A DNA stretch of 63,133 bases, the filler included, from Chiloscyllium plagiosum (lineage: Eukaryota), in the NCBI RefSeq assembly GCF_004010195.1. It is 4 parts of one record of this genome, joined end to end, with 100 filler letters (N's around TTAATTAATTAA, not from the genome) between each part and the next. Parts side by side here need not be neighbours in the genome. Positions count along the whole stretch, not along the records: positions 39,155 to 50,550 come from NC_057717.1; positions 50,651 to 63,133 come from NC_057717.1; 2 more parts are not named here. The stretch is one strand, 5' to 3'. The notes beneath the pieces were generated by a model, which saw nothing but the letters and a program-made list of their open reading frames with translations, was not told the origin of the DNA and did no database searches. This document shows positions 49,560-61,107 of the stretch, one piece after another (within the stretch, counting starts at the first letter, position 1; every line of letters begins with the position of its first letter). A program made the translations under genes and the position numbers.

Positions 49560-50550
49560 TGATGGGTAACAAAGGCATTAGATAGAAAGCGGGAGAGAGG
49601 GGGGGTTCCTTAAATATGAACAGGCAAACAATGGTCACAAAATATCCTTAGCAGATAATGTTAAGGATAAGGCACAGGATATTTAATAAGTAAAGTTAGA
49701 GTAAGGGGATTCCCAACTAAGCAGTGGGGCCTGTTAGAAACCAAACAGACAATCAGTGCATGGAGCCAGAGGAAGCAGGTGAGGTCTTCAATGAATACTT
49801 CCCATCTGTATTCACACAGGAGAAAGACATTGTAGCCGCGGATTTCAATCGGAATGGTGAGGTTCTGGAACATATTAAGATCAATGAGAAGGAGGTGTTA
49901 AATGGATTCACAGGCAAAAAAGTGGAGAAATTCTCAGTAACAATAAAGTATATCCCAGGCTGTAATGGGAGGGAAGGGAGCAGATTGCTGGGGCCCTGGT
50001 GGATATATTTAATACTTTGCTGGCCACAGGTGAAGTGCCGAATGACTGGACGATAGCTAATGTGGTTCCTTTGTTCAAGAGCAGCAGGGATAGGCCAGGT
50101 AATTACATAGCAGATAGTCTAACAGCATTGGGAAGGAAATTAATGGAAACAATTCTGAGGGACACAATGAATCAATATTCGAAATGACAAGAAAACATTA
50201 GGGATTGTCTGTATGGATTTGGTGAGGACTGTCCTCTGATATTGATGAGGGCAGTGCAGATGATGTGGTTTACATGGAGTTTATTAAGGTCTTTGACAAG
50301 GTCCCACATAGAAGGCTGGTCCAAAAGGAAAAAGGCCCATGGGATCCAACGCAAGGTGGCAAATTGGATCCACAATTGGTGAAGAGTGTCTTTCACGATT
50401 GGAAGACTTTGCCCAGCGGGTGTACTACAGGGATCTGTACAGGAACCATTGCTGGTTATTATGTACATTAATATCTCAGATATGAAACGAGAAGGTATCA
50501 TTAGTAGGTTTGCAGATGACATGTAACCCACAGGTGTTGCCAAGGGTGAG
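49560..50550 (+). mobile_element. Decayed CR1 ORF2
   Basis: GEVFNEYFPSVFT, DWTIANVVPLFK, VFDKVPH and FADD motifs. Confidence 0.85.
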
Positions 50551-50650
50551 NNNNNNNNNNNNNNNNNNNNNNNNNNNNNNNNNNNNNNNNNNNNTTAATT
50601 AATTAANNNNNNNNNNNNNNNNNNNNNNNNNNNNNNNNNNNNNNNNNNNN
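50551..50650. other. Artificial contig-joining linker
   Basis: 44N + TTAATTAATTAA + 44N. Confidence 0.95.
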
Positions 50651-50875
50651 TCGTCTTCCCGACCTGTCCGCCCCCACCCCCTCTCCGGCCTATCACCCTC
50701 ACCTTAACCTCCTTCCACCTATCGCATTCCCAATTCCCCTCCCCTAAGTCCCTCCTCCCTACATTTTATCTTAGCCTGCTTGGCACATCCTCCTCATTCC
50801 TGAAGAAGGGGTTATTCCCGAAACGTCGATTCTCCTGCTCCTTGGATGCTGCCTGACCTGCTGCGCTTTTCCATC
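50651..50875 (+). mobile_element. PLE family A 3' end with a hammerhead motif (50796-50832)
   Basis: ATTC-CTGAAGA-AGGGGTTATTCCC-GAAACGTC-GATTC. Confidence 0.85.
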
Positions 50876-52312
50876 AAAAGATATTTTCCCTGTCGTAATG
50901 GAGTCCAGAACTAGACGGCATCGGTTTAGGGTGAGAAGAGAAATATATAAAAGAGACCTAACATGCAACTTTTTCATGCAGAAGGTGGTACGTGTATGGA
51001 ATGATTTATGAGAGCAAGTGGTGGAAGCTGGTACAACTGCAACATTTGAAAGGCGTCTGCATGGCTTTATCAGTAGGAGGGCTTTGGAGCAATACGGCAT
51101 GTGGGACTAGTTTGGGTTGGGATATGTGGTCACTATGGAGTTAGACCGAAAGGTCTTTTTCCATGCTGTACATCTCTAGGACTCTAGGACTCTATGGCCC
51201 AGTCTTCACTGTTCCCTGGGGATGAGAATACCACAGACAGTACAACTCTAAGGAGATAGGAACATCCTTATCTCAATTTAAAATAGGGAAACATTTAAAT
51301 GTAAAAGTGTATGAACCTCACAGCAAGTCAGCTTCCATTTTTTAAAAAAAATGAGGGCACAACCAATAGGAAAGGCATAGACCATTCAGCCCCTCAAACC
51401 TATCCCACATTCCCACTGGCTACGTTCAGTAAAGTATTTATCAAACACAACCTCCACTGCTCTCTTGGTTAGACATTTCCGACAGTGTAAACCATAGAGC
51501 GTATGGAATTGGTGCAGAGCTAGACTGTTTGGTTCAACAAGTCTGGTCTGCTGTTCAATAAGAGCTGACATGTTTCTCAACAAATTTATCCCACCTTCTC
51601 ACTGTTATCTTGATCCACTTCTCAATCAGAATATATCTATCTCTGTCTTAAAGCGGGAACTGTGTCTGTGCTCTATGTATGTATGCATGTGTGTGTTTCA
51701 GCTTATTGGCAGGAGGCAGAGGGTGGTGGATGAAAGTTGACCTTTGGACTGGAGGCCTGTGACCAGTGGCATTCCAAGGGGATTGCTGCTGGATCCACTT
51801 TTGGTTGTCATTTACATCAATTATTTAGATGATAATTATACAAAGTATGGTGAGAAAATTTACAGATAACAACAAAATTAGTTATATAGTGGAAGTTGAA
51901 GAAGATTACATAAGATTACAACGAGATCATGTTTAATTGGTCAATGAATCATAGAAATGTACATCACAGAAACGGACGCTCTGGTCAAATTCATTCGTGC
52001 CAACCAGATGTCGTAAGTTGACTTAGTTTCATTTTCCGGCATTTGTACTATATCCCTCTTAACCATTCCAATTCATGTCCCCATCCAGATGCGTTTTAAA
52101 TGATGCAATTGTACCATCCTCCACCACTTCGTCTGGCAGCTCGTTGCATACATACACCACCTTCTGTATGAAAATGGTCCCCTTAGGTCTGTTTTATATC
52201 TTGTCCGTCTCATCTTAAATCTATGTCCCCTAGTTTTGGACTTCCCTACACTGGGGAAAAGACCCTGAATATTCACCTTATTCATCGTCTTCATGATTTT
52301 ATGAACCTCTAG
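50876..52312. mobile_element. Cluster of CR1 fragments (+ 50876-51197, - 51360-51650, + 51710-51945, - 51946-52312)
   Basis: CR1 3'-UTR and RT motifs in both orientations. Confidence 0.75.
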
Positions 52313-52419
52313 AATGTGCAAGTTTGACTCCAATCAAAACGAATGGCTGTGTTTTCAGTAAATCTGGGCCTAAATTTTGAAATTCAATACTGACTCCTCT
52401 TCCTTCTTCATCACATCAC

Positions 52420-52730
52420 AATTCTAAATTCATTTTAACAACTTGTTCAGCTACATTATGAAACACCTCTGTGGGATTTGAATCTAAACTTATGGGCTCA
52501 GAGGTAAACATACTACCACCATTTGGTGACAATCCCTGAAGCTGAAACATTATTATTCTGTGTGTTTGTTCATCAGAAACTTTTGAAATACTGTGGCATA
52601 CTTCTGTGACAGGCAGGTCTTGAATCCAGACATTCTGGTCCAGAGTGAGAGACACTACCACGCCAAGTTCATGTATTGGAATCTACCCAGAGCTCTGGCT
52701 CAGAGGCATGGGCGTTACTCACGATACAAG
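52420..52730 (-). mobile_element. Three tandem tRNA-like SINE heads
   Basis: Minus GTGGTAGT....CTCTG...GATTCAA.CC units recur about three times. Confidence 0.5.
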
Positions 52731-53199
52731 TCTTAAACCATGCCCAGATTTTGGGTCACATTTTAAATGTCAGCTTTCAGCTCGGTGTGGATTCATTAAA
52801 ATTTGGTTAACGTTACTGACTTAAACAGTTAAATGAATTACATTGTTAAAAAGGTGAAACATACTCACTTCAACTCTAGAATATTGAGTTTATGTGTGCT
52901 GCCTTCGAGATAAACTATGAAGATCTTTAATTGCTTGGCTATGGTTACCACCTTAAGTGGCTATTATCTGACATCTGCAATATGAGGGAGAAAGCATCCT
53001 GCAGACACACTTTGCACTATAAAGGATTTGGAATAGATATTTATCACTCAACACCAGAGACGAAGAAAGAGCATACTTTCTGGATCAAAAACACCAATCA
53101 CTCTTTTCCGCCTGTAACGTGCAGCTGCTCTCTTCTTAAAACCACGAAGGAATCCAAGGCAGCTGATTACTGTCCAGCCTTTCTTCCCCCGTACTATCA

Positions 53200-54390
53200 G
53201 TCACTGGACTGAGGAGTGGCAGATGGAGTTTAATTTCAATAATTACAATGTATCACAATTTGAGAAAACAAACAAGGAGAGGACACCTACAATTAAATGT
53301 CGGGCCATTGGTAGTATTTTGTAGAACAGAGATATCTAGAGTTCTGGTAATTATTTTTGAAGTTTGCACCATGTGTAGGCACGGTGGTTATGAAGGCGTT
53401 TGGTTTGCTAGCCTTCATTGCTCAGACCTTTGAGTACAGGAGCTGGAACATTATCTTCAGGTTGCACTAGACATTCGTGAGGTCTCTCCTGAAGTACTGT
53501 GTAGTTATGGTTACCCAGTTACATTGAGGATATTATTAAAATGGAGAGGGTTCAGAAAGGATTTGTCAGTCTGTTGTTGGGAATGGAGTGTTTAAGGACA
53601 GGCTCGATGGACTGGGACCTTTGCCACTGCAGCGTAGAAGGTTGAGGCATTATCAAACTTATAGAGGTTTATAAAACATTTAGGGGTATAGATAAAGTTG
53701 AATGGAAGGTGCCCTTTCCTTACGGTGGTGGATTTCAAGACTAGGGGGTAATTTTAAGATGACAGGAGAAAGGTTTACAGAAGACAAAGTGTCATAGAGC
53801 TACCCAGCTCTACCCAACCTGTCCCTGCCAAACAGATGACCTACATTAGTATAGTTCCATTTGCCAGCATTTGGCCTATATCCCCCTAAACACTTCCTAT
53901 TCACGTGCCCGTCCAGATGCTTTTTAAATGTTTTAATTGTCCCAGCCTGCACATCTTCTTCTGGCAGTTCGTTACATATAAAACACCCTCTCTTTGAAAG
54001 CGTTGCCCCTTACATCCCTTTTAAGTCTTGCCCCTCTGAACTTCAACCTACGTCCTCTAGCTTTGGAACATGCGACCCTGGAGAAAAGCCCTTGGCTATT
54101 GACACTACCTATTCCACTTGTGAGTATATAAACCTCTATTATCACAATTCAACCGCTCATGCTTCAGGGAAAATAATCCCGGCATATTAAGCCTCTCCAT
54201 AAATCTCAAAACATCCAACCCTGGCAATATCTTTGTAAATCTTTTCTGAATTCTTTCACGTTTCACACATATTTCCTCGAATAACGGGACCATAATTGCA
54301 ATAAGTATTCAATAGTGGCCTAATCAATGTCCTGTACAGCTGCAATATGACCTTCCAACTCTTACATTCAACAACGACAAGCATATCAAA
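53200..54390. mobile_element. Tail-to-tail CR1 fragments (+ 53200-53790, - 53790-54390)
   Basis: ERVQK-like motif on plus and ERIQKRFTKILPGL on minus. Confidence 0.8.
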
Positions 54391-54469
54391 CACCTCAAAG
54401 TCTGTGAGAGGATTTGTAGCTCGGATGCTCGTTGTTGTGGTTCTGTTCGCCGAGCTGGGAATTTGTGTT

Positions 54470-54509
54470 GCAGACGTTTCGTCCCCTGTCTAGGTGACAT
54501 CCTCAGTGC
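54470..54509 (-). ncRNA. Minimal hammerhead ribozyme motif with intact core
   Basis: GCA-CTGAGGA-T-GTCACCT-AGAC-AGGGGAC-GAAACGTC-TGC, with stem I GCA/TGC. Confidence 0.75.
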
Positions 54510-54706
54510 TTGGGAGCCTCCTGTGAAGCGCTTCTGTGATCTTTCCTCCGGCATTTATAGTGGTTTGAATCTGCTGCTTCCGGTTATCATATCCAGCTGT
54601 CTGTTGCAGTGGCCGAGTCCAGGTCTATGTGCTTGTTGATTGAATCTGTGGACGAGTACCATGCCTCTAGGAATTCCTGCTGTTCTCTGTTTGGCTTGTC
54701 CTATAA

Positions 54707-54783
54707 GAGCTGAAAATGTGTTGCTGGAAAAGCGCAGCAGGTCACATTTTCAGCTCTGATCTCCAGCATCTGCAGTCCTCACT
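54707..54783 (+). mobile_element. Collapsed fold-back PLE family A insertion nested in PLE family B, with an 11-bp TSD
   Basis: TTGTCCTATAA at 54696-54706 and 54784-54794. Confidence 0.88.
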
Positions 54784-54969
54784 TTGTCCTATAATAGTAG
54801 TGTTGTCCCAGTCGAACTCATGTTGCTTTTCATCTGCGTGTGTGGCTACTAAGGATAGCTTGTCGTGTCGTTTCGTGGCTAGTTGGTGTTCATGGATGCG
54901 GATCGTTCCTGTTTGTCCTATGTAGTATTTTGTGCAGTCCTTGCATGGGATTTTGTACACTACAAAATT

Positions 54970-57556
54970 TTGTAGGGAGACTTTAATTTTCCCAACATTA
55001 ACTGGGATACACTTAGAGTCAGAGTTCTGGATGGAGTACAATGTGTACGAAATATCCAGGAGAGTTGTCTTGAGCAGTATGTCAATAGTCCGACGAGGGA
55101 AGGGGCCATATTGGACCTGGTACTAGGAACGAGCCAGGACAAGTGGTAGAAGTTGCGGTGGGGGATTTCTTTTGGAACAGTGACCACAATTCCGTAAGTT
55201 TTAGAATACTTGTAGATAAAGAAGAGAGTGGTCCTCAGGGAAGAGTACTAAACTGGCCCAAAGCCAATTAAATCAAAATTAGGCAGGAGCTGGGAAATGT
55301 GGATTGGGCACAGCTATTTGAAGGGAAGTCCACATTTGAGATGTGGGAGGCTTTCAAAGATAGGCTAAAGATAGTGCAGTATAGGCATGTCCAGTTGAAG
55401 CTGAAACTTTATTGCTGGAACAGCACAGCAGGTCAGGCAGCATCTAGGGAACAGAAGATTCGACGTTTCGGGCACATGCCCTTCTGAAACGTCGAATCTT
55501 CTGTTCCCTAGATGCTGCCTGACCTGCTGTGCTGTTCCAGCAATAAAGTTTCAGCTTTGATCTCCAGCGTCTGCAGACCTCACTTTCTCCTCGAAGATGT
55601 CCAGTTGAAGGCAAAGGATAGAAAGGGCAAGATTCGTGAACCATGGATGACAGCAGAAATTGTACGACTAGCCAAGAGGAAAAGGGAAGCGTACATAAGA
55701 TCTAGGCAGGTGAGAACAGAACGGGTCCTGGAGGAATATCGGAAGAGTAGGACAAGTCTTCAACAAGGAATGAAGCGGGCGAAAAGGGGTAATGAAATAG
55801 CTTTGGCAAGCAGGATTAAGGAAAATCCCAAAGCATTTTGTTCTTATATAGGAAGCAAGTGGGTAAGAAGCGAAAGGATTGGTCCACTAAAAGACAGTGA
55901 AGGAAGGCTGTGTGCCGAACCTGAGAGTGTTCACTGAGGAGAGGAACATGATGAATATTGAGAATACAGATAGACGTTTGATTAGTCTGGATCACGTTGG
56001 CATAAGTAGGGAAGATGTGTCGGGTAGGCTAGAGGCTATTAAGGTGTACAAATCCCCAGGGCCGGATGGGATCTGTCCCAGGTTGTTGAGGGAGGTGAGA
56101 GAGGAAATAGCTGGGGCCCAGAAAGATATCTTTGTGGCATTCTTTAATACAGGCGTGGTGCCAGAGGACGAGAGGGTAGCTCATGTTGTTCCCCTGTATA
56201 AGAAGGGTAGTAGGGATAACTACAGACCAGTGAGCCTAACATCAGTGGTGGGGAATGTGCTGGAGAGAGTAATAAGAGATAGGAAATATCTATTTATATT
56301 TCGAAAAGAATGAGCTTATCATTCATAGGCAACATGGTTTTGTGCAAGCGAGATTGTGCCTTACCAACTTAATAGAGTTATTCGAGTAAGTAACCAAGTT
56401 GTTAGATGAAGGAAGCGCTGTTGATGTCATATACATGGACTTTAGTAAGGCGTTTGATAAAGTTCACCATTGTAGACTAATGGAGAAAGTGAAGTCACAT
56501 GGTGTGCAGCTAAGTGGATAAAGAACTGGTTGAGCAACAGGAGACAGAGAGTAATAGATTAAGGAAATTTCTCAAAATGGAGAAAGGTGACCAGCAGTGT
56601 TCCACATGAGGTCAGTGCTGGGACCATGTTGTTTGTAATATACATAAATGATCTAGAAGAGGGCATCATTGGTATGATCATCAAGTTTGCAGATGACACA
56701 AAGATTGGTCGAGTAGCAGAAAACATAAGGGACTGTCAGAGAATACAGGAGGATATAGATAGACTGGAGAGTTGGGCAGAAAAGTGGCAGATAAAGTTCA
56801 TTCCAGGTAATTGGGAGGTGATGCATGTTGGCAAGTCTAATTCTACAGCGAATTATACAATGAATGCAAGAGCCTTGGGAAATGTTGATGGGTAGAGAGA
56901 TCTGGGAAAGCAGGTCCATTGTACCCTGAAGGTTGCTGCACAGGTGGATAGAGTGGTCAAGAAGGCATATAGTATGTTTGCCTTCATTGGACCGGATATT
57001 GAGTATAAGAGCTGGCAAGTCATGTTAAAATTGTACAAGACATTGGTTCGGCCGCATTTAGAATATTGTGTACAGTTCTGGTCCCCACATTACCAAAAGG
57101 ATGTGGACGCTTTGGAGAGGGTGCAGAGAAGGTTTACGAGGATGTTGCATAATATGGGAGGTGCGAGCTATGAAGAGAGGTTGAGTAGGTTAGGTTTATG
57201 TTCACTAGAAAAAAAGAGAGTGAGGGGGCACCTGATTGAAGTTTACAAAATCGTGAAGGGCATAGACAGGCTGGATAGAGACAAGCTTTTTTCCCAGGGT
57301 GAAGGATTCAATAAACAGAGGTCATACTTTCAAGATAAGAGGTGGAAAGTTTAAGTGGGATACACGTGGCAAGCAGTTCACACAGAGTGCGTTTGGAACG
57401 CATTGCCAGCAGAGGTGGTAGTGGCAGGCACGGAAGATTAAGTTAAGATGCGTCTGGACAGATGCATGAGTAGGTGGGGAGCAGAGGGGTACAAATGCTT
57501 AGGAATTGACAGACAGGTTTGGACAGTACATTTGGATCGGCTCAGGCTTGAAGGGC
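54970..57556 (+). mobile_element. Long CR1 LINE (AP-endonuclease C-terminus to 3' UTR), disrupted
   Basis: GDFNFP-like start, AILDLVL, SDHN, NPKAF, KSPGPDGI, NYRPVSLTS, FADDTK and PHLEYCVQFWSP motifs. Confidence 0.96.
55401..55596 (+). mobile_element. Young fold-back PLE family A insertion with a perfect 14-bp TSD
   Basis: ATGTCCAGTTGAAG at 55387-55400 and 55597-55610, with ~70-bp complementary arms. Confidence 0.93.
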
Positions 57557-58152
57557 NNNNNNNNNNNNNNNNNNNNNNNNNNNNNNNNNNNNNNNNNNNN
57601 NNNNNNNNNNNNNNNNNNNNNNNNNNNNNNNNNNNNNNNNNNNNNNNNNNNNNNNNNNNNNNNNNNNNNNNNNNNNNNNNNNNNNNNNNNNNNNNNNNNN
57701 NNNNNNNNNNNNNNNNNNNNNNNNNNNNNNNNNNNNNNNNNNNNNNNNNNNNNNNNNNNNNNNNNNNNNNNNNNNNNNNNNNNNNNNNNNNNNNNNNNNN
57801 NNNNNNNNNNNNNNNNNNNNNNNNNNNNNNNNNNNNNNNNNNNNNNNNNNNNNNNNNNNNNNNNNNNNNNNNNNNNNNNNNNNNNNNNNNNNNNNNNNNN
57901 NNNNNNNNNNNNNNNNNNNNNNNNNNNNNNNNNNNNNNNNNNNNNNNNNNNNNNNNNNNNNNNNNNNNNNNNNNNNNNNNNNNNNNNNNNNNNNNNNNNN
58001 NNNNNNNNNNNNNNNNNNNNNNNNNNNNNNNNNNNNNNNNNNNNNNNNNNNNNNNNNNNNNNNNNNNNNNNNNNNNNNNNNNNNNNNNNNNNNNNNNNNN
58101 NNNNNNNNNNNNNNNNNNNNNNNNNNNNNNNNNNNNNNNNNNNNNNNNNNNN

Positions 58153-58383
58153 CTGTGTTTGACTGCGTGTGTGTGTCTACATCTGTGTGTGCCTGTTCCT
58201 GTGAGTGTGTGTCTGTATCTGACACTGTGTATGTGTGTGTGTATGTCTGCATCTGTTTGTGCCTGTTTCTGTGAGTGTGTGTCCGTGTATATGTGTCTGT
58301 GTGCGTGTCTGTGTGTGGTTCTGTGTGTGTGTCTGTGTGTCTCTATGTGCGTGTGTGTCACTGTCTTTGTGTGTGTGTGTGTT
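58153..58383. repeat. (GT)-rich low-complexity repeat
   Basis: Directly visible. Confidence 0.9.
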
Positions 58384-59399
58384 AATGGTGCTGTGAGCTG
58401 CTGCCCTCCTTCTGTCCCTCCCAAACTGGATCCCTGATGATTTTTACCCTCCACTCCCACCTATACAGTGGTGTGGGGAAGCCAGCAGAGACTGACAGCA
58501 ACAGAAAGCTCTGCAGTTCTGACAGCATCTGTGGACAGAAATGAAAGGACCCTTCCTCAAATCTCTTGTCGGGGCTTTAAGCACTTTAAGCACCACAGAG
58601 ACTGCAGATTTGCCTCACACTGATACACACAGATAAACACACACTAATACCAGACATAGAGACACTCACTAATGCACAGGAACTAATATGGACATGGAGT
58701 ATCTGTCAGTATTTCTCTTGCTCTCCGGTGACTTTGTCAATATTTCAATTATTTTGTCTGGTGTGTGTCAATATTTAAATCTGTCCTTAGGGAGTGTGTT
58801 AATATTGTACTTGCTCACAATAGTGAGTGAGTCAGTACTTCTGTGTGGAGTGTGACTGCATGGAAATTTCAATGTTCGCAGATACCAAACCTGGAAGAAT
58901 TATAAAGTGTGTGGCGGACAATGTGGAACTCTAACAGGACAGTGCCACATTGGACACATTGGTATACTTTTCAGGTTTATGTCAGATCAGTGTGAGATGA
59001 TGCACCTTGGTAGGATGAACTCGGAAAGTCAATATTAAAAATTCTGGACCATTATAAAGAGTGTTTATGTAAACATCTTATTGAAGATGTCAGGGCAAGT
59101 GGGGAGAGCAGTAACTATCACAGATTAGTTTCAGTTTACAGCAGGGGGTGTAGGACGGAGCCTCCGTGCTCCCTTTCTGGGAGTTGGTGGTGATGATGTG
59201 TTTTGAGCACATCCTCCTGCCCACTGAGACCATGGGGATTCCATTTGTACCAGCTCGACACAAAAAGGAGATGGCATCAGGGCAACGGCTTCTAAGTTGT
59301 GCCCAGGAGACGAAACTGCCTGTGGGTTTAAAGTGAGAATTTCCCTTCACTGAACATTGCTCTTTATTCGGTCGGTGGGACCTGCATGTTTCAGAGTCT

Positions 59400-60000
59400 C
59401 CACACGAGGCATCCCAGTCCTCTCCGGCTCATACCAGGGTCCCACCAGGGGGGGTAGGGGGGGGGGGGAGGTAGGGAACGCTTATCGTAAACTCCACCAC
59501 CCAGCTTGGCCATTTCTGTCCTATTCCAGGCTGTTTCTCCTGGAATGGGAGCAAGGGAGGGAGGGAGGGTGGGAGTGGGTGGCCCTGCTGTTAGTCTGGT
59601 GCAGGTGGGGTGGTGTCCAGAGGGAGGTGGTCCACAGTGTTGTATCCATGCAGTGTTATTTGTGTGGGAGGTAAAGTGGAGCAAGAGAGAGAAAAAGAGA
59701 AAGAGAGACTGCATGCAGTAGTGAGAGTGGTGGAGCATGAGCCTTGAACGGGGGTAGGCGCTATAACAGATATACAGTTGGTTTGTGGGAGCAGAGAGAA
59801 TATGGTGAGCCTTATCCTGATTGTTGTGGTTCTGTTTGCTGAGCTGGGAATTTGTGTTGCTCCTGATAGAGCGGGGAAGGTTATTGATGCTTGTTCTTTT
59901 TTGCTGGACATTTCTTCACATTGCAGATACTGCACTGAGCTGGGTGGTGAGCTCAGACCATGCTCACACCAATATCCTGTTCACCCAACATTCCTGGGAA
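59400..60000 (-). mobile_element. Second PIF/Harbinger Myb/SANT-like gene relic (two exons)
   Basis: Minus WSELTTQLSAVSAM*RNVQQKRTSINNLPRSIR, and acceptor CCCATTCCAG| at 59540 followed by AWNRTEMAKLGGG. Homologous to 21880-22440. Confidence 0.55.
59822..59860 (-). mobile_element. 39-bp PLE family B micro-insertion with a 7-bp TSD
   Basis: Matches about 54433-54471. TCCTGAT at 59815-59821 and 59861-59867. Confidence 0.8.
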
Positions 60001-60769
60001 CATTGGCTCATGGTGCAAGGTACGGTAGAAATTTCTTCATTTCAGCATTCTGGAACCGTGCACACATCCTTCCATGACACTGTCTCTCAATCTCGCTCAC
60101 TCTGTCTATTCACCAAACCCCTCCCATTTGTTGATACTTTAACTGATTTCCCCGCCATCTCTCTCTGGCAGTGATGTTCACACCCACAGCACCCCCTTGT
60201 CATGGCACAAGAGAGATATGGAGCTGTAATTGGATGGGAGCTGCACATCCTGTCACTTCCAGCATGGGTTGCAAGTTTCCCCGCTCTGGGCAGTGATCTC
60301 ACACAGTGTTACTGAGCAATGTACTAGGGTGATGGACACAATTCCACACCCTGGTCACACAGCTTATCTGGGTTTATAGATCAATGAACTGCTATAATGT
60401 GCACAGTGTTCCTCTCTGGACTGATTGCAGGGTGGTGTTCAGTAGTACATTAGCCTGGTCTGCGCAGTGCTCCATGCTGAACTGATATCTCCTCTGGGTT
60501 TATAGTGTCTGGTCTGATTCTGTGAGGTGGATTGACAATGTGATATAACTGACCCTTTCAGTTGATATGGCAATGCCTTTATTTTTGTTCGCAATCATGT
60601 GATTGGACCCTCCAAATTCTGACTCCGCCAGCCAGTCCCATTCTTCAGTCTAACTCCATAGTTCAGCAACGTGTTGTCCCGTGAGTAATTGTCCAGTTTC
60701 AATGTGAATAACTATTCTGTCTATTTCGCTGGCCTTTGGCCTTGCTCATCCTGGAGCATCGGAATTCAC

Positions 60770-60975
60770 TGCAATAAACCTCAGTAAGGTCACTCCCCAG
60801 AACCAACGCTCCAGGGAACATACCCCAGCCCATTCATACTCTCCATGTAGCTCAACATCACTCGCCACCACCACCCTGCACAACACTGTCAATATACTTG
60901 GAAATCTTTTCTGCATGCTTTCAAGTTTAACAACATCTTTCCTGTAGCAGTGTGAACAGAATTAAAGGCAGTATT
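60770..60975 (-). mobile_element. CR1 fragment
   Basis: TTTCAAGTTTAACAACATCTTTCCTGTAG (YRKDVVKLE on minus). Confidence 0.7.
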
Positions 60976-60994
60976 ACAGAAGTGATTAAAACTA

Positions 60995-61106
60995 GCGAAA
61001 GTGAGTATTGCAGATGCGAGAGATGAGAGTCGAGAGTGTGAAAACGTCGACGTTTCCAGCTCCTCCAATGCTGCCTGACCCGCTGTGTTTTTCCTGCACC
61101 ACTCTT
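60995..61106 (-). mobile_element. Partly deleted fold-back PLE family A element
   Basis: Reverse tail GAAAGTGAGTATTGCAGATG followed by the forward arm AAACGTCGAC...CACCACTCT. Confidence 0.7.
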
Positions 61107-61107
61107 T

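Larger units (their letters stand above)
54395..54969 (-). mobile_element. PLE family B: GIY-YIG endonuclease plus 3' end
   Basis: NFVVYKIPCKDCTKYYIGQTG..RIHEHQLATKRHDKLSLVATH...HEFDWDNTTII. Confidence 0.9.

Noticed and set aside
60300..60770. Harbinger nuclease partner gene next to the Myb relic
   Set aside because: No DDE or HARBI1 motifs could be read with confidence.
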